A DNA stretch of 63,631 bases, taken from positions 1 to 63,631 of the forward strand of contig VGBI01000004.1 of the NCBI GenBank assembly GCA_016870595.1, read 5' to 3'. The notes under the pieces were generated by a model. That model was not told the DNA's origin. It searched no databases and worked only from the letters and a program-made list of their open reading frames with translations. The DNA comes from Actinomycetota bacterium. Its GTDB lineage: Bacteria > Actinomycetota > Acidimicrobiia > IMCC26256 > PALSA-555. Positions 48,056-61,401 of this stretch are shown here, in pieces (positions within the stretch are counted from its first letter, which is position 1; each line of letters begins with the position of its first letter). Made by a program: the position numbers and the translations under genes.

Positions 48056-48407
48056 GGAGATCGCAGCCCTGCTGCCCCAGGTCGTGGACTCGGACGAGCC
48101 CATCGACCTGCCGGTCCGCCGCCACGTCGAGTCGTGCCTGCGCTGCCAGGCCGAGCTCGCCCGCTACCGCCGGATGCTGCGGGGCCTGCAGCTCCTGCGG
48201 ACCCAGTACCTCGAGCCCGCGCCGGGGCTCCTCGCCGCCACCCTGGCCACCATCACCGCCGCCGGTGAGCGTCGGGCGGTGACCTCGGTCCTGACCCGGC
48301 GGCGCCTGGCCTACGCCGGGGCGGTGGCCGGTGCGGTGGCCGCGGCCGGGACGACGACGGTCGCCCTGGTCGTCGCCCGGGCCCGCCGCCGCACGCTCCC
48401 CATCTGA
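48039..48407 (+). CDS. zf-HC2 anti-sigma factor, single C-terminal TM helix
   Basis: Overlaps the sigma gene by 17 nt. The HxxxCxxC motif (RRHVESCLRCQAEL) and the TM segment LAYAGAVAGAVAAAGTTTVALVVA are present. Confidence 0.8.
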   Translation: MPTQCEEIAALLPQVVDSDEPIDLPVRRHVESCLRCQAELARYRRMLRGLQLLRTQYLEPAPGLLAATLATITAAGERRAVTSVLTRRRLAYAGAVAGAVAAAGTTTVALVVARARRRTLPI

Positions 48408-48494
48408 CGGCCCGGGAGCCGGGCGGCCTGCGCTGCTAGTCTCCATCGTCCCGGCTGCCGGTTCGGCGCGTCCGCACCGCGGCCTGGCCCCCAG

Positions 48495-48567
48495 AGGGCA
48501 GTAGCTCAATTGGTAGAGCACCGGTCTCCAAAACCGGCGGTTGGGGGTTCGAGTCCCTCCTGCCCTG
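48495..48567 (+). tRNA. tRNA-Trp (CCA)
   Basis: Acceptor agggcag/ctgccct, D-arm gctc-aattggta-gagc, anticodon stem ccggt/accgg with loop cuCCAaa, T-loop ttcgagt. Confidence 0.9.
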
Positions 48568-48645
48568 CTCGCAGCGCTGGTGCTCCGGAACCCAGATCGC
48601 ATCCAAATCCCAGATCGCATCCAAGACGGCGAGGAACGCCCGGCG

Positions 48646-48930
48646 GTGAACCGACAGACGAAACGGCTCATGGCGAAGCAAGGCGCCGACAAGCCCCGCG
48701 CGCCCGAACGCCGGCCCGCGGCCCCCCAGAAGGAGGGCTCCCGGGAGCGGATCGGTCCCCGCCAGTACCTCGCCGAGGTCCGCAGCGAGCTCAAGAAGGT
48801 CGCCTGGCCGACCCGGCGTGAGGTGATCAACTCCTCGCTGGTCGTGCTGATCGCCGTGGTGGTGATGACCACCCTCATCTTCGGGTTCGACTACCTGTCC
48901 GGCAAGTTCGTCCTCTTCCTGTTCGACTGA
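48646..48930 (+). CDS. secE: preprotein translocase subunit SecE
   Basis: The C-terminal part [42 protein letters not shown] is the SecE signature. The start is GTG 48646 or ATG 48670. The position before nusG is conserved. Confidence 0.9.
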   Translation: MNRQTKRLMAKQGADKPRAPERRPAAPQKEGSRERIGPRQYLAEVRSELKKVAWPTRREVINSSLVVLIAVVVMTTLIFGFDYLSGKFVLFLFD

Positions 48931-48979
48931 CCGGCGCGACCCGCCTGCCCCCGACCCACCCTCGACCGATCGGGACACC

Positions 48980-49705
48980 ATGACGTTCGATCTCGACGAG
49001 AACCCCGAATCCCCGGCCCTGGCCGACCCCGCCGACGAGTCGGCCGAGGGTGCGGTCGTGGTGGAGGTCGCACTCGACCCCTCGGCCGAGCTCACCGACG
49101 TCGTCGAGCTGATCGACGACGAGGACGAGGTCGTCCCGGTCGAACCGAGCCCGTTCGACCGGCCCGGTCGCTGGTACGTGGTCCACTCCTACGCCGGGTA
49201 CGAGAACAAGGTGAAGTCGAACCTGGCCAACCGGGTCCGGTCGTACCACTCCGAGGACCAGATCTTCGAGGTCGTCATCCCGATGGAGGACGTCGTCGAG
49301 TTCAAGGGTGGCCAGCGCCGAGTGGTCCAGAAGAAGATGTACCCCGGCTACGTCCTGGTCCGCATGGAGCTCGACGACAACACCTGGGGCATCGTGCGGA
49401 ACACGCCCGGGGTGACCGGCTTCGTCGGGCCCAGCGGGGCCCGGCCCACGCCGTTGTCCCGCAAGGAGGTCGAGGACATCCTCGGCGTCGCCAAGCTCGA
49501 GGGACCGATGGCCGAGAAGAAGGTGCGACCGCGCATCGAGTTCGAGGAGGGCGAGCAGGTCCGGGTCGTCACCGGTCCCTTCGCCGACTTCAACGGCTCC
49601 ATCTCCGAGATCGACGTCGACCGGTCGAAGCTCAAGGTGCTCGTCAACATCTTCGGTCGTGAGACGCCGGTCGAGCTCGAGTTCGGCCAGGTGGCCAAGC
49701 TCTAG
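48980..49705 (+). CDS. nusG: transcription termination/antitermination factor NusG (acidic about 60-aa N-terminal extension)
   Basis: [18 protein letters not shown], the NGN domain and the KOW motif [22 protein letters not shown]. Confidence 0.96.
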   Translation: MTFDLDENPESPALADPADESAEGAVVVEVALDPSAELTDVVELIDDEDEVVPVEPSPFDRPGRWYVVHSYAGYENKVKSNLANRVRSYHSEDQIFEVVIPMEDVVEFKGGQRRVVQKKMYPGYVLVRMELDDNTWGIVRNTPGVTGFVGPSGARPTPLSRKEVEDILGVAKLEGPMAEKKVRPRIEFEEGEQVRVVTGPFADFNGSISEIDVDRSKLKVLVNIFGRETPVELEFGQVAKL

Positions 49706-49753
49706 TCCCGCCCCGTCGGTCCGATCCCTCCACGAAGGAAACGAGAGTCCCCC

Positions 49754-50182
49754 ATGGCCAAGAAGAAGGTCGCCGCCATCGTGCGGATCCAGATCGAGGC
49801 CGGCCAGGCCACCCCGGCCCCGCCGGTCGGCACCGCGCTCGGTCCGCACGGCATCCAGATCATGGACTTCTGCAAGGCGTACAACGCCGCGACCGAGAGC
49901 CAGCGGGGCACGGTGATCCCGGCCGAGATCACCGTCTACGAGGACCGGTCCTTCACCTTCATCACCAAGACCCCGCCCACGCCGGTCCTCATCCGGCAGG
50001 CCGCCGGGGTCGACAAGGGCGCGACCAGCCCCCGGTCCCAGACCGTGGGCCGGATCACCCGGGCCCAGCTCCAGCAGATCGCCGAGACCAAGATGCCCGA
50101 CCTCAACGCGGTCGACCTCGACGGCGCCCTGGCCCAGGTGGCCGGCACGGCCCGCTCGATGGGCATCGAGATCGCCGACTGA
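49754..50182 (+). CDS. rplK: 50S ribosomal protein L11
   Basis: [45 protein letters not shown] is canonical L11. Confidence 0.97.
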   Translation: MAKKKVAAIVRIQIEAGQATPAPPVGTALGPHGIQIMDFCKAYNAATESQRGTVIPAEITVYEDRSFTFITKTPPTPVLIRQAAGVDKGATSPRSQTVGRITRAQLQQIAETKMPDLNAVDLDGALAQVAGTARSMGIEIAD

Positions 50183-50267
50183 CCCGGACGACCTGCACGA
50201 CCTGCACGACCCCCCGGCGGAGCACCTCGCCGCCGGGTCCGGACCCACGACCCGAGGGAGGACCTCC

Positions 50268-50987
50268 ATGGCCCGTCACGGCAAGGCCTACACCGACGCC
50301 ACGACCCGCTACGACCGCGAGAAGCTGCACGCACCCGACGAGGCCCTCGGCCTGGTCAAGACGCTGGCGACCCGCAAGTTCGACGAGACGGTCGAGGTGG
50401 TCTTCCGCCTCGGCGTCGACCCCCGCAAGGCCGACCAGATGATCCGGGGCACGGTCTCGCTGCCCCACGGCACCGGCAAGACCGTCCGGGTCGCGGTGTT
50501 CGCCGCGGGCGACCAGGCCCGGGAGGCCGAGGCCGCCGGCGCCGACGCCGTGGGCGCCGACGACCTCGTCAGCCGGGTCGAGGGGGGCTTCCTCGACTTC
50601 GACGTCGCGGTGGCCACGCCCGACCTGATGCCCCTGGTCGGGAAGCTCGGCCGGGTGCTCGGGCCCCGGGGCCTGATGCCCAACCCGAAGACCGGCACCG
50701 TGACCAACGATGTCGGCCGTACCGTGGCCGAGTACAAGGCCGGTCGGGTGGAGTACCGCACGGACCGGTACGGCAACGTGCACGTGCCGATCGGCAAGGT
50801 CAGCTTCGCGGCCGACCAGCTCGCGGCCAACTACCAGGCGGTCCTCGACGAGGTCGTGCGGGCCAAGCCCGCCGCGGCCAAGGGCCGGTACCTCAAGGGG
50901 ATCAGCACGTCGTCGACCATGGGTCCCGGGGTGCGCATCGACCCCGCGGCCAAGGTCGACGGGCAGGCCGCGGCCGAGACCGGCTAG
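50268..50987 (+). CDS. rplA: 50S ribosomal protein L1
   Basis: [35 protein letters not shown] and [15 protein letters not shown] are canonical L1. Confidence 0.97.
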   Translation: MARHGKAYTDATTRYDREKLHAPDEALGLVKTLATRKFDETVEVVFRLGVDPRKADQMIRGTVSLPHGTGKTVRVAVFAAGDQAREAEAAGADAVGADDLVSRVEGGFLDFDVAVATPDLMPLVGKLGRVLGPRGLMPNPKTGTVTNDVGRTVAEYKAGRVEYRTDRYGNVHVPIGKVSFAADQLAANYQAVLDEVVRAKPAAAKGRYLKGISTSSTMGPGVRIDPAAKVDGQAAAETG

Positions 50988-51020
50988 CATCTGCGTCCCG
51001 GTCGGGCCCCTCGGGGCCGG

Positions 51021-51050
51021 ATCGAGCAACATCGAGCAACATCGAGCAAC
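51021..51050. repeat. 3 x 10-bp perfect tandem repeat atcgagcaac in the rplA-rplJ spacer
   Basis: Read directly at 51021, 51031 and 51041. Confidence 0.95.
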
Positions 51051-51211
51051 ACCCAGCAAGTCCAGAACGACCAGCACCAGCCGAAGACCTCCGGTCCCCG
51101 GTCGGCCCCGGATCTCCGGGACGCCGTCTGGGGGTAATGGGCCCGCCCGCCGGACGAGGTTGTGCTCGTGGACTCCGGGCGCCCCCTCGGGGCCGCCGCG
51201 GACCGTCGACG

Positions 51212-51264
51212 GGGGCGCCTCGTTCCGCCGGGAGACCCGGTGGAGGCCGGAGGCGCCCCGTTTT
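51212..51264 (+). terminator. terminator/attenuator-like hairpin in the rplJ (L10) leader
   Basis: ggggcgcc (51212..51219) pairs with ggcgcccc (51252..51259). An inner ccggg-aga-cccgg hairpin is present, and gtttt follows. The structure ends 28 nt before the rplJ ATG. Hand fold only. Confidence 0.3.
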
Positions 51265-51291
51265 CGTGTCCACCGGCACCGGAGCACGCAC

Positions 51292-51984
51292 ATGGCGAGA
51301 CCCGAGAAAGTCGCCGTCGTCGAGGAGATCCGCACCAAGTTGGCGGATTCCGACGCCGCGATCCTGACCGAGTACCGGGGCCTGACGGTCACCGAGCTCG
51401 CCGCGCTGCGCGGCGCGCTCCGGCCCGCAGCGACCGAGTACAAGGTCTTCAAGAACACCCTGGCCCGGCGGGCCGCCGACGAGGCCGGGCTCCCTGAGCT
51501 CTCCGAGCTCCTCGCCGGCCCCACCGCCATCGCCTTCGTTCGGGGCGACGCCGTCGCCGCGGCCAAGGCGATCCGGGAGTTCGGGCGCACCGCCCCGGCC
51601 CTCGTGGTCAAGGGCGGCCTGCTCGGCACCCGGATCCTGACCCCGGCCGACGTCGAGGCGCTGGCCGCGGTCGAGCCCCGTGAGGTCCTGCTCGCCCGCC
51701 TCGCCGGCGGCTTCCAGGCGCCGCTGGTCAAGGCGGCCGGGCTGTTCCAGGCCTTCACCCGCAACTTCGCCTACGGCCTGAAGGCCTACGTGGACCAGCG
51801 GGCCGCCGCCGATCCCGCCGAGACCCCCGAGGCCCCGGCACCGACCGAGTCGGCCCCCGAGGCCGCACCCGACGTCCCCGCCGACGTCGAGCCGACCACC
51901 GCCGAGGCGCCGGTCGAGCCCGAGGCGGCGGCCGAGGACGCCCCCGAGGCGTCCGCCCCCGAGTCCGAGGCCCCCGAGGCCTGA
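51292..51984 (+). CDS. rplJ: 50S ribosomal protein L10 (about 55-aa Pro/Ala/Glu-rich C-terminal extension)
   Basis: [44 protein letters not shown] and [13 protein letters not shown] are canonical L10. Trimmed to the ATG at 51292. Confidence 0.95.
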   Translation: MARPEKVAVVEEIRTKLADSDAAILTEYRGLTVTELAALRGALRPAATEYKVFKNTLARRAADEAGLPELSELLAGPTAIAFVRGDAVAAAKAIREFGRTAPALVVKGGLLGTRILTPADVEALAAVEPREVLLARLAGGFQAPLVKAAGLFQAFTRNFAYGLKAYVDQRAAADPAETPEAPAPTESAPEAAPDVPADVEPTTAEAPVEPEAAAEDAPEASAPESEAPEA

Positions 51985-52018
51985 GCCCACCGATCGCACA
52001 CACACGGGAGACCACACC

Positions 52019-52408
52019 ATGGCCATGAGCACCCAAGAGCTCCTCGACGTCTTCAAGAGCATGACCGTCCTCGAGCTCAACGACTTCCTGAAGGCGTTCG
52101 AGGAGGAGTTCGGCGTCACCGCCGCCGCCCCGGCCGCCATCGCCGTTGCGGCCGCCCCGGCCGCCGGTGGCGAGGCCGCCGCCGGTGACGGCGAGCAGGA
52201 CGAGTTCGACGTGATCCTCGTCTCCGCCGGTGACAAGAAGATCAACGTCATCAAGGAGGTCCGCTCCCTCACCAACCTCGGCCTCAAGGAGGCCAAGGAC
52301 CTCGTGGACGGCGCTCCGAAGCCCGTGCTCGAGAAGGTGGGCAAGGAGGACGCCGAGAAGGCGAAGGCGCAGCTCGAGGAGGCCGGCGCCAGCGTCGAGC
52401 TCAAGTAG
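52019..52408 (+). CDS. rplL: 50S ribosomal protein L7/L12
   Basis: The Ala-rich hinge, then [56 protein letters not shown]. Confidence 0.97.
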   Translation: MAMSTQELLDVFKSMTVLELNDFLKAFEEEFGVTAAAPAAIAVAAAPAAGGEAAAGDGEQDEFDVILVSAGDKKINVIKEVRSLTNLGLKEAKDLVDGAPKPVLEKVGKEDAEKAKAQLEEAGASVELK

Positions 52409-52428
52409 CCCGACGATCGAGCGGGTCC

Positions 52429-52457
52429 TTGACCCGGCTCCGGCCGGGCCGTATCCT
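52429..52457 (+). promoter_or_regulatory. candidate sigma-A promoter for rpoBC (TTGACC - 17 nt - TATCCT)
   Basis: Hexamers at 52429..52434 and 52452..52457 with an exact 17-nt spacer, in the 233-nt rplL-rpoB spacer. Confidence 0.5.
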
Positions 52458-52641
52458 CCGGCCGAGCGGCCCCGGCGGTGTCCGGGGCCGGGCGGCCGCG
52501 TCCCTGGCGCCTCGGCCTCACCGCGGCTATGATCCGACGAGCCGTGCCTGCCCGTTCGTCCGCCCGTTCGTGCGACTGCTGATCATTCCGGCCTTGGTCT
52601 TTGCGCGCCTGTCCGCTTCCCGTACCGCCTGAGGAGCCGCT

Positions 52642-55600
52642 GTGCCTCGTCTCGCGTCCCGCGAACGTCTTTCGTTCTCCAACCTCCCCGAGGTCCTCTC
52701 CCTCCCCGATCTGATCGCGGTGCAGCGGGACTCGTTCCAGTGGTTCCTCGACGAGGGGATCGCCGAGGTCCTCAGCGACCTCTCGCCGATCGAGGACTTC
52801 ACCGGCACCCTGAAGCTCGAGCTCACCGACCACGTCTTCGACCCGCCGAAGCACTCCGAGGACGAGTGCCGTCAGCGCGACGTGACGTACGCCCGACCCC
52901 TGTTCGTCACCGCCCGGTTCATGAACGCGACCACCGGAGAGATCAAGGAGCAGACGGTCTTCATGGGGGACTTCCCGATGATGACCGATCGCGGCACCTT
53001 CATCATCAACGGCACCGAGCGGATCGTCGTCTCGCAGCTGGTGCGGTCGCCGGGCGTGTACTTCGGCATCACCCCCGACAAGACCCAGCCCGAGAAGGAC
53101 GTCGTCGACGCCAAGGTCATCCCGGGACGTGGGGCCTGGCTCGAGTTCGAGGTCGACAAGAAGGACATCTGCTACGTGCGGATCGACCGGAAGCGCAAGC
53201 AGCCGGTCACGATCCTGCTCAAGGCGCTCGGGTTCGGCGAGTCCGACGACGAGCTGCTGCACCTGATCCTCGACCCCAACGGCAACCCGTACGAGTCGGT
53301 GCGCAACACCCTCGAGAAGGACAACACCGCCACCGTCGACGAGGCCTTCGTCGACATCTACCGCAAGCTCCGTCCGGGCGAGCCGCCGACCCCCGACTCG
53401 GCCCGTCAGCTGCTCGACAACCTCTTTTTCAACCCCAAGCGCTACGACATGGCCAAGGTCGGTCGGCACAAGGTCTCGAAGAAGCTGCGTGACGAGTACG
53501 CCAAGCTCCCGTTGAAGCCGCTCGGCCTCGCGGTCCCGAACGCCGATCCGGAGGCGGGCCCGCTCGACTTCCAGCTCACCCGGGCCGACATCCTCGCCGC
53601 GGTGTCGTACCTGGTGAAGCTGCACAACAACGACCCCGACTACTACCGCGACGACATCGACCACTTCGGTAACCGCCGGGTGCGCTCGGTCGGCGAGCTG
53701 ATCCAGAACCAGGTCCGGGTCGGCCTGTCGCGGATGGAGCGGGTCGTACGCGAGCGCATGACCACCCAGGACGTCGAGGCGATCACGCCGCAGACCCTGA
53801 TCAACATCCGGCCCGTCGTCGCGGCGATCAAGGAGTTCTTCGGGTCGTCGCAGCTCAGCCAGTTCATGGACCAGACGAACCCGCTGGCCGGCCTGACCCA
53901 CAAGCGCCGCCTCTCGGCGCTCGGCCCCGGCGGTCTCTCGCGTGAGCGGGCGGGCTTCGAGGTCCGTGACGTGCACCCCAGCCACTACGGCCGCATGTGC
54001 CCGATCGAGACGCCGGAAGGCCCGAACATCGGCCTCATCGGCTACCTCTCCACGTACGCGCGGATCAACCGGTTCGGGTTCATCGAGACCCCGTACCGCA
54101 AGGTCGTCAACGGCCGGGCCACCGACCAGATCGACTACCTCGCCGCCGACGACGAGGACCGCTACGTCATCGCCCAGGCCAACGCCCAGCTCGACGCGTC
54201 GGGTCGGTTCACCAGCGACAAGGTGCTGGTGCGCACCCGGGGCGGCGAGGTCGAGTTCGTCGACAAGAACGAAGTCGACTACATGGACGTCTCGCCGAAG
54301 CAGATCGTCTCGGTCGCGACCGCGATGATCCCCTTCCTCGAGCACGACGACGCCAACCGGGCCCTGATGGGCGCCAACATGCAGCGGCAGGCGGTGCCCC
54401 TGGTCCGGTCGACGGCGCCGTTCATCGGCACCGGCATCGAGGCCCGGGCCGCCCGTGACGCCGGCGACCTGATCCTCGCCCAGGGCGACGGCACCGTGGT
54501 CGACGTCGACGGGACCTCCGTCGTGGTGGAGTACGCCTCCGGCCCGAAGAAGAAGGTCACCCACCGTCTCGACAAGTTCCGCCGCTCGAACCAGGGCACC
54601 TGCATCAACCAGAAGCCGCTGGTCCGGGTCGGCGACCAGGTCGCAGAGGGCGACGTGCTGGCCGACGGTCCGTCCACCCACCAGGGCGAGCTGGCGCTCG
54701 GCAAGAACCTGCTCGTGGCGTTCATGCCCTGGAAGGGCCACAACTTCGAGGACGCGATCGTCCTGTCCGAGCGCCTGGTGAAGGACGACGTGCTCACGTC
54801 GATCCACATCGAGGAGCACGAGATCGACGCCCGCGACACCAAGCTCGGGGCCGAGGAGATCACCCGCGACATCCCGAACCTCTCGGAGGAGATCCTCAAG
54901 GACCTCGACGAGCGGGGGATCATCCGGGTCGGGGCCGAGGTCGGCCCCGGCGACATCCTCGTCGGCAAGGTCACCCCGAAGGGCGAGACCGAGCTGACCC
55001 CCGAGGAGCGCCTGCTGCGGGCGATCTTCGGTGAGAAGGCCCGCGAGGTCCGTGACACCTCGCTCAAGGTGCCCCACGGCGAGACGGGCAAGGTCATCGA
55101 CGTGCGGGTGTTCTCCCGCGACGACGGCGACGAGCTCCCGCCCGGCGTGAACCAGCTGGTCCGGGTCTACGTGGCCCAGAAGCGCAAGATCAGCGAGGGC
55201 GACAAGCTCGCCGGCCGCCACGGCAACAAGGGGGTCATCTCCAAGATCCTCCCGGTCGAGGACATGCCCTTCCTCGCCGACGGCACCCCGGTCGACATCG
55301 TGCTCAACCCGCTCGGTGTCCCGTCCCGGATGAACGTGGGGCAGGTGCTCGAGGCCCACCTCGGGTACGCCGCCATGCACGGATGGGGCGACAAGGCCCG
55401 CCCGGCGGCCACCGCGCGCAAGACCCGGCCCGTGACCGACCCGGCGGTGTGGGTGTCGAGCCCGGTGTTCGACGGCGCGCACTGGGACGAGGTCGAGGCC
55501 TCGGGCAGCCAGGGCACGATCGAGGCCCTGTTCACCCGGCTCAACCCCGACGGTGCCGACGGCAGCCGGCTCGTGAGCGTCGACGGCAAGGCCCAGCTCT

Positions 55601-56124
55601 ACGACGGCCGCACCGGTGAGGCCTACGACAACCCGGTGACCGTCGGCTACATGTACATCCTGAAGCTGTCGCACCTCGTCGACGACAAGATCCACGCCCG
55701 GTCGACCGGCCCCTACTCGATGATCACCCAGCAGCCGCTGGGCGGGAAGGCGCAGTTCGGTGGCCAGCGCTTCGGCGAGATGGAGGTGTGGGCGCTCGAG
55801 GCCTACGGCGCCGCGTACGCGCTGCAGGAGATCCTGACCATCAAGTCCGACGACGTCCTCGGCCGGGTCAAGGTCTACGAGGCGATCGTCAAGGGCGAGA
55901 ACATCCCCGAGCCCGGCATCCCCGAGAGCTTCAAGGTGCTCATCAAGGAGATGCAGGCGCTCTGCCTCAACGTCCGCGTGATGAACGAGGCGGGCGAGGA
56001 GGTCCAGATCCGCGAGCTCGACGAGGACGCGTTCCGGACCACCGAGTCCCTCGGCATCGACCTCTCCCGTCCGGAGCGCGGCTCCGACGAGGAGGACGCA
56101 GCCCGAGAGACCGCCCGCTTCTGA
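52642..56124 (+). CDS. rpoB: DNA-directed RNA polymerase subunit beta
   Basis: 1160 aa. [41 protein letters not shown] and [12 protein letters not shown] are conserved RpoB blocks. Confidence 0.98.
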   Translation: MPRLASRERLSFSNLPEVLSLPDLIAVQRDSFQWFLDEGIAEVLSDLSPIEDFTGTLKLELTDHVFDPPKHSEDECRQRDVTYARPLFVTARFMNATTGEIKEQTVFMGDFPMMTDRGTFIINGTERIVVSQLVRSPGVYFGITPDKTQPEKDVVDAKVIPGRGAWLEFEVDKKDICYVRIDRKRKQPVTILLKALGFGESDDELLHLILDPNGNPYESVRNTLEKDNTATVDEAFVDIYRKLRPGEPPTPDSARQLLDNLFFNPKRYDMAKVGRHKVSKKLRDEYAKLPLKPLGLAVPNADPEAGPLDFQLTRADILAAVSYLVKLHNNDPDYYRDDIDHFGNRRVRSVGELIQNQVRVGLSRMERVVRERMTTQDVEAITPQTLINIRPVVAAIKEFFGSSQLSQFMDQTNPLAGLTHKRRLSALGPGGLSRERAGFEVRDVHPSHYGRMCPIETPEGPNIGLIGYLSTYARINRFGFIETPYRKVVNGRATDQIDYLAADDEDRYVIAQANAQLDASGRFTSDKVLVRTRGGEVEFVDKNEVDYMDVSPKQIVSVATAMIPFLEHDDANRALMGANMQRQAVPLVRSTAPFIGTGIEARAARDAGDLILAQGDGTVVDVDGTSVVVEYASGPKKKVTHRLDKFRRSNQGTCINQKPLVRVGDQVAEGDVLADGPSTHQGELALGKNLLVAFMPWKGHNFEDAIVLSERLVKDDVLTSIHIEEHEIDARDTKLGAEEITRDIPNLSEEILKDLDERGIIRVGAEVGPGDILVGKVTPKGETELTPEERLLRAIFGEKAREVRDTSLKVPHGETGKVIDVRVFSRDDGDELPPGVNQLVRVYVAQKRKISEGDKLAGRHGNKGVISKILPVEDMPFLADGTPVDIVLNPLGVPSRMNVGQVLEAHLGYAAMHGWGDKARPAATARKTRPVTDPAVWVSSPVFDGAHWDEVEASGSQGTIEALFTRLNPDGADGSRLVSVDGKAQLYDGRTGEAYDNPVTVGYMYILKLSHLVDDKIHARSTGPYSMITQQPLGGKAQFGGQRFGEMEVWALEAYGAAYALQEILTIKSDDVLGRVKVYEAIVKGENIPEPGIPESFKVLIKEMQALCLNVRVMNEAGEEVQIRELDEDAFRTTESLGIDLSRPERGSDEEDAARETARF

Positions 56125-56176
56125 CCGCACCGCGCCCGCAGCGAACGACGACGACACCCCGCGAAACGAGGCCCTT

Positions 56177-60256
<4,080 letters not shown>

Positions 60257-60401
60257 TCCGGTCGCCTCGCAGGGGACCGGGCCGGAGGGCTATCCTCTCC
60301 CTTCGGCCTGGCGCCCCGGTGGGGCGCCTCCCGCGGGAGGGGTCCGCCCCTCCGTCGGCCAGTCCTCCTCCGTCCTGCGATCTCCCGAGAAAGCCACGCG
60401 C

Positions 60402-60773
60402 GTGCCCACGATCCAGCAGCTCGTCCGCAAGGGGCGGGAGTCCAAGTCGACGAAGTCGAAGACCCCGGCGCTCAAGGGCGCCCCGCAGCGCCGCGGCGTC
60501 TGCACCCGGGTCTACACCACGACCCCGAAGAAGCCGAACTCGGCCCTGCGCAAGGTCGCCCGGGTCCGGCTCTCGTCCGGGGTCGAGGTCACGGCGTACA
60601 TCCCGGGGATCGGCCACAACCTCCAGGAGCACTCGATCGTGCTCGTGCGCGGCGGCCGGGTGAAGGACCTCCCGGGGGTCCGCTACAAGGTCGTGCGCGG
60701 CGCCCTCGACGCCTCCGGGGTCAACAACCGCAAGCAGGCGCGCAGCCGCTACGGCGCCAAGAAGGAAGGGTGA
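60402..60773 (+). CDS. rpsL: 30S ribosomal protein S12
   Basis: [29 protein letters not shown] and [25 protein letters not shown] are canonical S12. GTG start. Confidence 0.97.
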   Translation: MPTIQQLVRKGRESKSTKSKTPALKGAPQRRGVCTRVYTTTPKKPNSALRKVARVRLSSGVEVTAYIPGIGHNLQEHSIVLVRGGRVKDLPGVRYKVVRGALDASGVNNRKQARSRYGAKKEG

Positions 60774-60779
60774 TCTGAC

Positions 60780-61250
60780 GTGCCCCGCAACGGACCGGCC
60801 CCCCGCCGGGACCTCGTCCCCGACCCGGTCTACCGGTCGGTCGTGGTCACCCAGCTGGTGAACAAGATCCTCCAGCGCGGCAAGCGCTCGGTCGCCGAAC
60901 GCATCGTGTACCAGGCCCTCGCCGACATCGAGCAGAAGACCGGTGCCGACCCCATCCCCACCCTCAAGCGGGCGGTGGAGAACGTGCGCCCGGCCCTCGA
61001 GGTCCGCAGCCGCCGCGTCGGTGGCGCCACCTACCAGGTCCCGGTCGAGGTCCGGCCCCGCCGGGCGACCACCCTGGCCATCCGCTGGATCGTGGGCTAC
61101 TCGCGCCAGCGGCGGGAGAAGACCATGGCGCAGCGGCTCGCCGCCGAGCTGCTCGACGCCAGCAACGGCGTGGGCTCGGCGATCAAGCGCAAGGACGACC
61201 TGCAGAAGATGGCCGAGTCCAACAAGGCGTTCGCCCACTACCGCTGGTAG
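60780..61250 (+). CDS. rpsG: 30S ribosomal protein S7
   Basis: [50 protein letters not shown] and KAFAHYRW are canonical S7. Confidence 0.97.
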   Translation: MPRNGPAPRRDLVPDPVYRSVVVTQLVNKILQRGKRSVAERIVYQALADIEQKTGADPIPTLKRAVENVRPALEVRSRRVGGATYQVPVEVRPRRATTLAIRWIVGYSRQRREKTMAQRLAAELLDASNGVGSAIKRKDDLQKMAESNKAFAHYRW

Positions 61251-61401
61251 TCGCGGCCCACGGCTGACCCGACCGCCACCGAGCCCCCCGAGGGCGGGCC
61301 CGGAGCGGATCGGCGCCGGTGGGTCGGCGTCACCGACGGTACGGCGTCCGTTCACCCCATCGACACCCCCTTGACACGACCAGCGACGAGGATTTCCCCG
61401 G

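Noticed and set aside
61371-61376. Perfect TTGACA hexamer 25 nt upstream of the fusA ATG, as a fusA promoter
   Set aside because: No acceptable -10 hexamer lies at 16-19-nt spacing (the sequence there is ttcccc/tccccg). A transcript starting there would have essentially no leader or RBS. The unusually long (151 nt) rpsG-fusA spacer remains unexplained but shows no convincing structure by eye.
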